Positions 8,456 through 16,800 of a stretch of DNA of 64,000 bases are shown in pieces. Where the stretch lies: assembly GCA_965203175.1 (NCBI GenBank), contig OZ241867.1, positions 4,320,001-4,384,000 of the forward strand. Direction: 5' to 3'. The DNA is from Candidatus Latescibacterota bacterium (GTDB lineage Bacteria > Latescibacterota > UBA2968 > UBA8231). Both the position numbers and the translations under genes were made by a program. Numbering within the stretch: position 1 is the stretch's first letter; each line of letters begins with the position of its first letter. The notes under the pieces were generated by a model. The model saw only the letters and a program-made list of their open reading frames with translations, had not been told where the DNA came from and did no database searches.

Positions 8456-10552
8456 TCACTTGAGTAGCATGAGCTGGCGGGTGGCGACAAAGTCTCCGGC
8501 CGATAGTTGGTATAGATACGCGCCGCTGGCTACTGATTCGCCGCGCTCGTTGCGGCCGTCCCATTGCAGGCGGTGATGTCCAGCGGGCAGGGAATCGCTG
8601 ATGAGGGTGCGCACGCGCTGGCCGTTGATGCTGTAAATGGACAACTCGACTCGGGACGGAAGACCGAGTTGGAAGGTAATAGTAGTGCTTGCGTTAAAGG
8701 GGTTGGGGAAGTTCTGCGCCAGCGCAAACTCTGCGGGTACAACACCTTCGGCCTCGGCAATAGCCGTCTCGGTTGCAGCCTGCGGTAGGACTATTTCCCA
8801 TAGCCCGCGCCCGCCACCCCACTCGATAACGTAAATGCGATTGCCGATGATCTCCGCGTCGATGGGATTGGAAAACCCGCCGACGATGCGGGTGACGCGC
8901 GCTTCGTAGTTGTCGCCGACTTTGGCTAAGTCGAGGTGTAGCAGGTCTTCACTGGGGTCGTTGAACGGGCCGGCAACATCATCGCCGTCGGGATCGCCCT
9001 CGGTCCAGCTAAGCACGAAGCCGTCGCCTTGGAATGGCTCGGCGAGGGCATTATTTGCGTCGAATACCAGCCCCAAGGGGGAACGATGCGCGGTGAAGGT
9101 ACCAAAGCGCACGCCCTCTTCGCTGGCATCCTTGAGGTGGCCGTCGGCTGGATCGCGGTAGGCGTCGGCGTCTGGGCCGAGGTTGATCACCGGCTCGGTG
9201 AAGTCGCGCGGCGGCGGTGGATACGTGGGATCGTTGTGGTAGTAGCCTTCGCGCACGGCGGTGAATCTAGCGGGGAGGAGGAAGTCGCTGGCTGGGTCGT
9301 AGTCGGGGAATTGCTGTGGGGTATCTTCGAGACCCATGCGCCAAGGGAAGCCGTAGTGATGGCCTTCGCGCAGCCAGTTGAGCTCCTCGGCCATGTCGCG
9401 ATCCGGTCCGTTTTCCGTGGCGAAGAGGTCGCCGTTGGGCGCGAAGGCGAGGTCGTAGGCGTTGCGCAGGCCCTCGGCAAAGAGGAAGCCTTGGGCGCGA
9501 AGATCGTCGCGGTCGTTGGGTAGTACGAGGTCCCGCGCATCGGTCGGGACGCGCAAAACGATAGCCGTGAGCGCGGTTTCGCGCAGGTCAGGGAACTGCC
9601 TATTGCCGTCTTGCACCTCGCCGTGATCGGTGCGCGAGCCGCTGTTGATAAAGAGCGAGCGGTTGTCGGGGCTGACGACTAGCCCATTGACTTCGTGGTT
9701 AAAGATGCAGTCGCACCGCTCGTAGGGTGCGGTTTCCGCGAGGGTAAACCAGGTGCGCTCGGTGCTGACGATCATAGTATCGACCTGGCCCCTCTGTGCC
9801 TTGGGGAAACTATACCACTTCTTCTCGGTGATAATCCTGCCCTGCTTGTCGTGAAAGACGTACCATTCCTCTCCGCTGCTTGGATCGACTTCGCCTTTGG
9901 TGATGGTGGCGATGTTGTAGCTGGATAGGTCGATGCGTTTGAGGACGTAAAAGATGCCGTCGGCGTCGATGAACAGGGCACTGGGGCGGCTGAAACCGTG
10001 GTCGGCAGCCGTGTACACCGTGCCTTTAGGTACGAGAGTGATGTCGCCGTTGGTCTTGAGCGCGTAGCGGATGTCGGTCGTGGGATCGCGGCCGAGGCTG
10101 GTGGCGGTGAGGATGTCGTCGATGGGAACGTTGGCGGGCAGGTTGTCTGGGTCGAGTTGTTCCCATTGCCGCTCGCCGGTGTCAGCGTCGAGCAAAATGC
10201 CTCGGACAAGGGCAAAGTGGCCGCTGTCGCGCGGACCACGGCGGTTCGACGCGAGGTAAAACGAGCCATCTGGCCCAATGGCAAAGCCCGTAAAGCCGCT
10301 GCGGATGCCGTGATCGTCTCTGGAGTATGCGGGTGTGTGCGCGGCTGTCGCTAGGCCAATGCGATCAATCGAACCGTTCTGCCGCAAGGTATAGAGCGCA
10401 TTGTTGCGCGGATCCTTGGCGATGCGCACCGTACCTCGGGGGACGTTGAGGATGCGGCTAATTTCGATGTCGTCGCGGGTGGCTTGCGGGTCGGCATAGG
10501 CGGTGGAGCAAAGAGCAGCGAGTACAGCAAATAAGAGGTAATGGGCGAACAT
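8456..10552 (-). CDS. Secreted PQQ/sorbosone-dehydrogenase-like beta-propeller + FlgD-Ig tail (tandem paralogue of 5516..8437)
   Basis: Near-colinear and highly similar to the adjacent gene over the propeller. No CxxCH domain. QNFPNPFN tail. Confidence 0.85.
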   Translation of the reverse strand: MFAHYLLFAVLAALCSTAYADPQATRDDIEISRILNVPRGTVRIAKDPRNNALYTLRQNGSIDRIGLATAAHTPAYSRDDHGIRSGFTGFAIGPDGSFYLASNRRGPRDSGHFALVRGILLDADTGERQWEQLDPDNLPANVPIDDILTATSLGRDPTTDIRYALKTNGDITLVPKGTVYTAADHGFSRPSALFIDADGIFYVLKRIDLSSYNIATITKGEVDPSSGEEWYVFHDKQGRIITEKKWYSFPKAQRGQVDTMIVSTERTWFTLAETAPYERCDCIFNHEVNGLVVSPDNRSLFINSGSRTDHGEVQDGNRQFPDLRETALTAIVLRVPTDARDLVLPNDRDDLRAQGFLFAEGLRNAYDLAFAPNGDLFATENGPDRDMAEELNWLREGHHYGFPWRMGLEDTPQQFPDYDPASDFLLPARFTAVREGYYHNDPTYPPPPRDFTEPVINLGPDADAYRDPADGHLKDASEEGVRFGTFTAHRSPLGLVFDANNALAEPFQGDGFVLSWTEGDPDGDDVAGPFNDPSEDLLHLDLAKVGDNYEARVTRIVGGFSNPIDAEIIGNRIYVIEWGGGRGLWEIVLPQAATETAIAEAEGVVPAEFALAQNFPNPFNASTTITFQLGLPSRVELSIYSINGQRVRTLISDSLPAGHHRLQWDGRNERGESVASGAYLYQLSAGDFVATRQLMLLK

Positions 10553-10579
10553 GGGGTCCTTTCAAAAGGAAAAGTGGGG

Positions 10580-10957
10580 TCAGGGCCGAAAGATTTTTAG
10601 ATCGAGTTCGTTGATTTCGCGGTAGTGTTTTCTATTGGCTGTACAAAGTGTTAAGTGATGTTCAATAGCGGTTGCAGCAATCAAGGCATCGGCCAGATAC
10701 AGCGCTGTTTTAAGGGTGTATTCTTCCATATATACAGACGCTCGGTGGCCGATGTTTTCAGTGAGAGGTACGGTCTGAAAAGCGTGATCCATGAGAAAAT
10801 TCTTGATCTTTTTTAACTCCTGCCGATTTCTTGCACCCTGGATAAATTCCATATACGTAACAATTGATATCTGACGATCAGCGATACGGTCAACGAGGTT
10901 TGCAGCCCCTGCATGGCCTCTGAAAACCCATATCACAACATCGGTATCAAAAATCAT
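10580..10957 (-). CDS. vapC: VapC-family PIN-domain toxin
   Basis: MIFDTDVVI...E...LADALIAATA...TANRKHY PIN motifs; overlaps the upstream small gene. Confidence 0.9.
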   Translation of the reverse strand: MIFDTDVVIWVFRGHAGAANLVDRIADRQISIVTYMEFIQGARNRQELKKIKNFLMDHAFQTVPLTENIGHRASVYMEEYTLKTALYLADALIAATAIEHHLTLCTANRKHYREINELDLKIFRP

Positions 10958-11192
10958 TCAAGCGGCCTTTGCGCAGATTGCGGACGTACGCATCGACATC
11001 GGTCATATCTTTTCTGTCTCGCCACAGACCAAAAGCCTCGTGGTCTTTTACCGATTTGTCTGTTCGCTGTCGGCTGGGAGACAGGATAGCTTTTTCCTTG
11101 CCGCGATAAAAGATAGTGACCGATTCGTTGCGGTCGAGCGCGAGCAAAACATCTTTCATGCGTCGTCTTAAGTCGAGAATAGATGCTTTCAT
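10947..11192 (-). CDS. Antitoxin (Phd/YefM-like) of type II TA pair
   Basis: 81 aa, MKASILDLRR...ESVTIFYRGKEKAIL Phd-like N-terminus. Lies directly upstream of the PIN toxin. AAGGAG RBS. Confidence 0.8.
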   Translation of the reverse strand: MKASILDLRRRMKDVLLALDRNESVTIFYRGKEKAILSPSRQRTDKSVKDHEAFGLWRDRKDMTDVDAYVRNLRKGRLNDF

Positions 11193-11208
11193 AATTTCTC
11201 CTTAAAGT

Positions 11209-11244
11209 GGACACATAATGTGTGCAATTAAAATAAAATGTCAA
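11209..11244 (-). promoter_or_regulatory. TA operon promoter (-35 TTGACA) with palindromic operator over the -10 region
   Basis: TTGACA at 11244-11239 on the - strand; perfect dyad ACACAT-A-ATGTGT at 11211-11223. Confidence 0.65.
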
Positions 11245-11375
11245 GCGGTGCGTTGGGTTTGAGCCGGATCTGGATAGCGATGTGAAAATCGGCGAACCCC
11301 TTGGTTTGCCCACTACCTGACGCCCTAAAACGCGCCTCTTGGCTGCCAGTTGCTCGCCAGGGCGGTAAACAGAAT

Positions 11376-11408
11376 AAGCCCAACGAGTTAGAGGGGGTCG
11401 TTGGGCTT
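11376..11408. terminator. Hairpin, probable intrinsic terminator downstream of the LRR gene
   Basis: AAGCCCAACGA...TCGTTGGGCTT stem with A/T-rich flanks. Confidence 0.6.
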
Positions 11409-11634
11409 CTTATTGCAATGCGGTTTTCTATTGCGAGATTTCTACGTCTGGCTTGAAAGGGGCCTCGCGCTTTGGGCTATGGGCTCGTCGTGGTATAAGC
11501 GGCGGAGTAACAGGCTGCGAGCGAGAGGCCACGGGCGAACATGGATCGCATTATTCGCACGCAAAGCATCGCCAGAGCAGGCTAAGTCCGCTAGCGCAAC
11601 GGCGAAAACGACAAGCCTTTCGAGGTGAGTCATA

Positions 11635-13404
11635 TCATCCATCGCAGACAGACAATCCCAGTTGATCTAGGTCATTGTCCGTTATCGTTTGCAAATTGGC
11701 TGGGATACACCCACTGAAGTTGTTGCCGCGCAGAGCCAGCCATTCCAAGTTGTTCAGTTGGGCTAACTCAGCAGGGATCGAGCCGCTGAGCTGGTTGCCG
11801 TCCAGACCCAGCGTTTGCAGGTTGTTCAGTTGGGCTAACTCAGCAGGGATCGAGCCGCTTAACTGGTTGTTGGACAGAGCCAGCCATTCCAAGTTGTTCA
11901 GTTGGGCTAACTCAGCAGGGATCGAGCCGCTTAACTGGTTGCCGTCCAGACCCAGCAATTCCAGGTTGTTCAGTTGTCCTAACTCAGCAGGGATCGAGCC
12001 GCTTAACTGGTTGAAGGCCAGAACCAGCGTTTGCAGGTTGTTCAGTTGGGCTAACTCAGCGGGGATTGAGCCGCTTAACTGGTTTTTGAACAGAATCAGC
12101 GTTTGCAGGTTGTTCAGTTGGGCTAACTCAGCAGGGATTGAGCCGCTGAGGCCGAGTTCAGTCAACCTCAGCCCGGTAACGCGCCCCTCGATATCGGTGG
12201 TCACGCCCTGCCAGATGCTGATCGGTTCGTCGCTGCCCCAATTGTCGCCCGTCCAAGCACTACCGCCGCCTGTAGCTGCATAGAAGGCTATCAGGGCCGC
12301 CCGATCAGCAGGATGCTCAGGCAACTCGGATGCATCGCAGAGAGACAATCCCAGTTGATCTAGGTCATTGTCCGTTATCGTTTGCAGACTGGCTGGGATA
12401 CACCCACTGAAGTTGTTGCCGCGCAGCCACAGCCATTGCAGGTTGTTCAGTTGGGCTAACTCAGCAGGGATCGAGCCGCTGAGTTGGTTGCCGTCCAGCC
12501 ACAGCCATTGCAGGTTGTTCAGTTGGGCTAACTCAGCGGGGATCGAGCCGCTGAACTGGTTGTTGGACAGAGCCAGCCATTGCAGGTTGTTCAGTTGGGC
12601 TAACTCAGCGGGAATTGAGCCGCTGAGCTGGTTGTTGGACAGAGCCAGCCATTGCAGGTTGTTCAGTTGGGCTAACTCAGCAGGGATCGAGCCGCTGAGC
12701 TGGTTGTTGGACAGAGCCAGCGTTGTCAGGTTGTTCAGTTGGGCTAACTCAGCAGGGATCGAGCCGCTGAGCTGGTTTATGGACAGAGCCAGCCATTGCA
12801 GGTTGTTCAGTTGGGCTAACTCAGCAGGAATTGAGCCGCTTAGGCCGAGTTCATACAGCTCCAGCTTGGTAATGCGCCCCTCGGTATCGGTGGTTGCGCC
12901 TTGCCAGGTGCCGATCGGTTCGTCGCTGCCCCAATTGTCGCCTGTCCAAGCACTACCGCCGCCCGTGGCTTCATAGAAGGCCAGCAGTACAGCGCGATCA
13001 TCGGATTGTTCGGGCATGGGTTCGGGCTCCGGCTCGTCTTCGACCGTCACGGGTGACGACTTGGTCAGGTCCGCCAAGGGTTGGATGTCCGTAATGTCGT
13101 TTCCCCACAAGAGCAACGTGTCCAGGTTGATGCAGTGCTGGATGCCGGCCAGATTCGTGATGCCTTGCTCGTTTGCCCGGAGTCGGGTCAGAGCCACCAG
13201 CTCATCGATGGTGATAGTAGCGCCGCGCGGCTTCTTCAGCGCCCAACGGAGGACGCGCGCCAAGTCCTGGTCGGCAAAGGAAGCACCTGCCAGTGCCTTG
13301 CCCGCGCCTGCGGTGGGCGCGGGACCTGGATTGACGCTTTTGTCCTCTGAGCAAGCAAAAAGGGCCAAAAGGGTAAAAAGGGCGATGAAAATGCGAGCGG
13401 TCAT
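11635..13404 (-). CDS. Lipoprotein with plant-receptor-type leucine-rich repeats (two duplicated LRR modules) and a short internalin-like LRR stub
   Basis: Lipobox LLALFAC; 12 copies of (L/F)SGSIPAEL(A/G)QLNNLxxLxLxxN; two N-caps (DRAxLxAFY.ATGG..W..NW). ATG 13404 follows GAAGGGGGG. Confidence 0.92.
   Translation of the reverse strand: MTARIFIALFTLLALFACSEDKSVNPGPAPTAGAGKALAGASFADQDLARVLRWALKKPRGATITIDELVALTRLRANEQGITNLAGIQHCINLDTLLLWGNDITDIQPLADLTKSSPVTVEDEPEPEPMPEQSDDRAVLLAFYEATGGGSAWTGDNWGSDEPIGTWQGATTDTEGRITKLELYELGLSGSIPAELAQLNNLQWLALSINQLSGSIPAELAQLNNLTTLALSNNQLSGSIPAELAQLNNLQWLALSNNQLSGSIPAELAQLNNLQWLALSNNQFSGSIPAELAQLNNLQWLWLDGNQLSGSIPAELAQLNNLQWLWLRGNNFSGCIPASLQTITDNDLDQLGLSLCDASELPEHPADRAALIAFYAATGGGSAWTGDNWGSDEPISIWQGVTTDIEGRVTGLRLTELGLSGSIPAELAQLNNLQTLILFKNQLSGSIPAELAQLNNLQTLVLAFNQLSGSIPAELGQLNNLELLGLDGNQLSGSIPAELAQLNNLEWLALSNNQLSGSIPAELAQLNNLQTLGLDGNQLSGSIPAELAQLNNLEWLALRGNNFSGCIPANLQTITDNDLDQLGLSVCDG
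11640..13000. repeat. 693-bp internal duplication, each copy containing six 72-bp tandem LRR-coding units
   Basis: GACAATCCCAGTTGATCTAGGTCATTGTCCG at 11651 and 12344 (offset 693). GTTGTTCAGTTGGGCTAACTCAGC recurs every 72 bp. Confidence 0.95.
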
Positions 13405-13580
13405 ATCGTTCCCCCCTTCATTCAAGCGCTTTTACATGCTCTAAATTTCAAACGGATACACTACCGAAATGATGAAGCCACCAATTGCTCTTTTTCACGT
13501 CTCCTCTCTAGCCATCCCAGCCGGAGTCAGTGCGTGTAGGTCGCCTCCAAATTGCTATCGTGTACTCAGACCATTATTTA

Positions 13581-13597
13581 ATCAATATCTGTGCCAA
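13581..13597 (-). promoter_or_regulatory. Putative sigma-54 (-24/-12) promoter for the LRR gene
   Basis: The - strand reads TTGGCACAGATATTGAT: TGGCAC-N5-TTGA, with a non-canonical A at the -12 C position. Confidence 0.6.
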
Positions 13598-13695
13598 TGT
13601 GAGTTGTTCCAAAAATTATATCCATAAGATGTTATTTTTAATCAAGATAGAATCACTACAAGATCGAAAACAAAAAGCCTGTCTGACTGTCTGTG

Positions 13696-13800
13696 GACGA
13701 TATATCGCCCCCAAAGCAGTTAGACAGGCTCTCAAATTAATTAATTAACAGTTAGTTATAATCAATGGGCGATATATCGCCTCAAATCCAATATATCGCC
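13696..13800. promoter_or_regulatory. Three copies of a GGCGATATATCGCC-type palindrome, putative enhancer (UAS) sites
   Basis: GACGATATATCGCC 13696-13709; perfect GGCGATATATCGCC 13768-13781; CCAATATATCGCC 13788-13800. They lie about 100-200 bp upstream of the -24/-12 motif. Confidence 0.7.
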
Positions 13801-13867
13801 CTTAGGGAAAGGGGCTTTCCCCGCCAGCGCAGCGGCCCTCTATAGCTAACAAACTGCCGCCGTTATT

Positions 13868-16800
13868 TTAACTAAAAGCAGGATGTATTCGTTTGATGCC
13901 CAGTTTTTTCATGCGACTATACAGAGTAGAAGACGGCAATCCTAGCAGAGCCGCTGCGCCTTCGGAGCCCTTTACCTGCCAGTTGGTGGCCTCGAGTACT
14001 GAGAGGATGTAGCGGCGTTCAAATTCATCCAGAGACATGATTTCGCGTTCTGGAAAAGCTGGTAAGTGAAGGAGAGCTCTGCCGCTGGTTCGAGCTCCAT
14101 CCCCATCAAGTCCGAGCTCCTCCACTTTGATGCGGGTACCTTGGCATACGGTTACAGCCCGCTGCATGGTATGCTCCAGTTCTCGCACATTCCCCGGCCA
14201 ATGGTAGGTTTGCAGCGCCGCCATAATTTCTGGCGTCAAAGCACCGATTCGCTTGCCCAGATGCGCTGCCATGCGATCCTTGAAAAACTCGGCCAAGAGG
14301 GATATGTCCTCCCGGCGCTTGTGCAGGGGGGGCAAATAGAGCGGAAAAGCTCGGAAACGGTGATAGAGGTCTTTGCGGAAATCACCTGCGCTGACCATCG
14401 CCTCTATATCGCGATTGGTCGCTGCCACAATGCGCGTCTGCACTGCCAGCGTCTTACTACCCCCAAGGCGCTCAAAAGTGCGCTCTTCCAGTAAGCGCAG
14501 CATCCTGGTCTGCGTTGTCAGCGACATATCGCCGATCTCATCTAAAAAGAGCGTGCCCCCCTTGGCTAGTTCCACCTTGCCCAACCGGCGGGAAACGGCA
14601 CTGGTAAAAGCCCCTCTTTCGTGACCAAAGAGTTCACTATCAATCAGCGATTCAGGCAAAGCACCACAGTTGATCTGTATAAAAGGCCCATCGCAGTAGG
14701 CACTCAGTGCGTGTAACATCCGCGCAGCTAGTCCCTTACCCACACCCGTCTCACCCATAATTAGCACGGTCAGATCAGTGGATGCCGCCTTTCTGAGCAT
14801 AATTTGAAATTGGTGCAGGGCCGTGCTCTGACCGATAAATTTTTGGCTTCCCTGACTGTTGAGTGCAGTAGTCAGAGCTTCGATGCGCGGATCTGGCTCT
14901 ACCGAGAGCCGTACCTGCGCTATTTGGGAGTAATTGAGGTCGCGATCTACAGCCCTGACCTGGAAGGTGTAGTCGCCCGGCGGCAGGTCTCGATAATGGG
15001 TCCGTCTATTTCGGGTCGCTGGCTGCCAGTCGGGATCGTGTCCGTGCAAGCGGCAGATGTAGAGCATGTCGTTGGAAGGGGTGGAAAAACTTAGGCCCTT
15101 GTACTCGAAAATCACCTGCTGGTCTGTAGTAGATAGGATGACTTCCTCCGCCGGATTCTCATAGACCTGATCGGCGATCACCTGAAGCAGGCGAATCCGG
15201 GGCGGCGTTTGCCGCAGACGGTAGCGTATCACAGAACCGAGGACGGTGCCAAACCAGAAGGTTCCGTCGCGATCTTCAAGTATCCGGCAAACCAGTCCTA
15301 TATGCGGTGAGTTGATGGTCTGGAAGAGCCGACCATCGTAGTGAACCACGCCACCGTGGGTACCGAGCCAGAGGTGTCCGCGCCGGTCCTCGAACAGGCA
15401 ACGGATGTGGTTGCTCGGCAGACCGTCTTCCGTCGTGAAGGTGCGGAAGGTGCTGCCATCAAAGTGACTGAGACCGTTTGCAGTGGCGATCCACACGTTT
15501 TTATGGCGGTCTAATAGCAGGTCGGTGATGTTGTCGTCTAGCAGCCCGTCTGCAATCCCATAAAATGTAAGGCCATCATCGGGATGCCAGCGAGCCAAGC
15601 CGGTGCCGCTAGCAGCTAGGCCGTCACTACTCATCAAATGGAAATAGATTTCGTTGTTGCGCGTGGCAATCACAGTGCCAATGCGGCTGTACGGTGTTTT
15701 TTTGTCGTCCTCCACAAAAATGGTTTGGAACTGCTCGTCCCGCTGGTACACGATCTTCAGTGGGCTGGTATAAAGTCCTTTTATTGACTCAGAGTCGTTT
15801 TCCCAATAGCCGAAAAGGAATTGTCCTTCCCGGTCTTGGGCGATGGCGCTGACACTTTTTCCGCTTAAGCATGCGATGGGTTCTCTTTCCTTCAGTTTCT
15901 GTCCGTCGCAGCGGAACAGGCCCATGTGACCGCCAAACCATAGGTTCCCGTCAAAGTCCTCGTAGATGGCAAAACAGTTGCCGATATCATTGCTGATATC
16001 ATTGCCGATATTATAGATACGCTCGGTCTCTACAAATACAAAGTGCTCGCCATCGAAGCGAACGACGCTTTTTTTTTCGGGATAAAGACTGGGAGACGCA
16101 TACCCGAGCCATATATGACCTTGCCGGTCTTGCACTACCTGTGAGACCTCGCCCGTGTTTTCGGGGCGCTCCGCACCGAAGGCGAAAACGCTGATACTAT
16201 GCTCATCGTAAACCTCGACACCGCCCCACGTGGCGAACCAAAATCGATCCTCGCGATCGTGGAACACGGCTTTGACTATGGGATGGGGTAGGCCATCGGC
16301 AGGCGTAAACCGGCTGAAGCCGTCACCGTCTTGGTAGAGCACCCCTTGCGAGGTGCAGAACCACCCCCGTCCCGCCCGGTCACATTGAATTTTGCGCAGG
16401 CCGCCAACCAGATCTACCTGAACAGACTGAAAGGCACCATTGGCATAGTAGTGGAGAATGTCTCGATTGCGCGGCAGACCAATCCACACCTTGCCGGTAT
16501 GATCTTGGCCCAAGACGTAGCTGATGTGGGCTTGGGGAAAACCCTCCTCCTCTTCGTAGCGGTGGAAGGACTCGCCGTCGAAGCGGATGAGATAGTCAAA
16601 TCCAAACCACAGATGGCCAGCAGAGTCCTGGGTAATGCCCCGACATAGGTTGGGCCACTCAGGCGAAGGAGGCTGCTGGTAGTGCTGCAGGTAGAGCGGG
16701 ATCAAGTCGTGGAAAGCACTGCCGTCATAATATCCCAAGGTACCCGGACCCCCACACCATATACGGCCCTGCCGGTCTTCATAGAGAAATTCCACGGAGC

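Noticed and set aside
11700-12860. Regular 72-bp repeats with variable gaps resembling a CRISPR array
   Set aside because: The period is a multiple of three inside an intact ORF encoding LRRs, the variable parts are related to each other, and there are no cas genes.
11675-12976. Two 202-aa + strand ORFs with repeats (11675..12283, 12368..12976)
   Set aside because: Antisense shadows of the LRR gene.
11635-13404. Diversity-generating retroelement acting on the duplicated LRR modules
   Set aside because: No reverse transcriptase in the window, both copies are coding, and differences are not confined to adenines.
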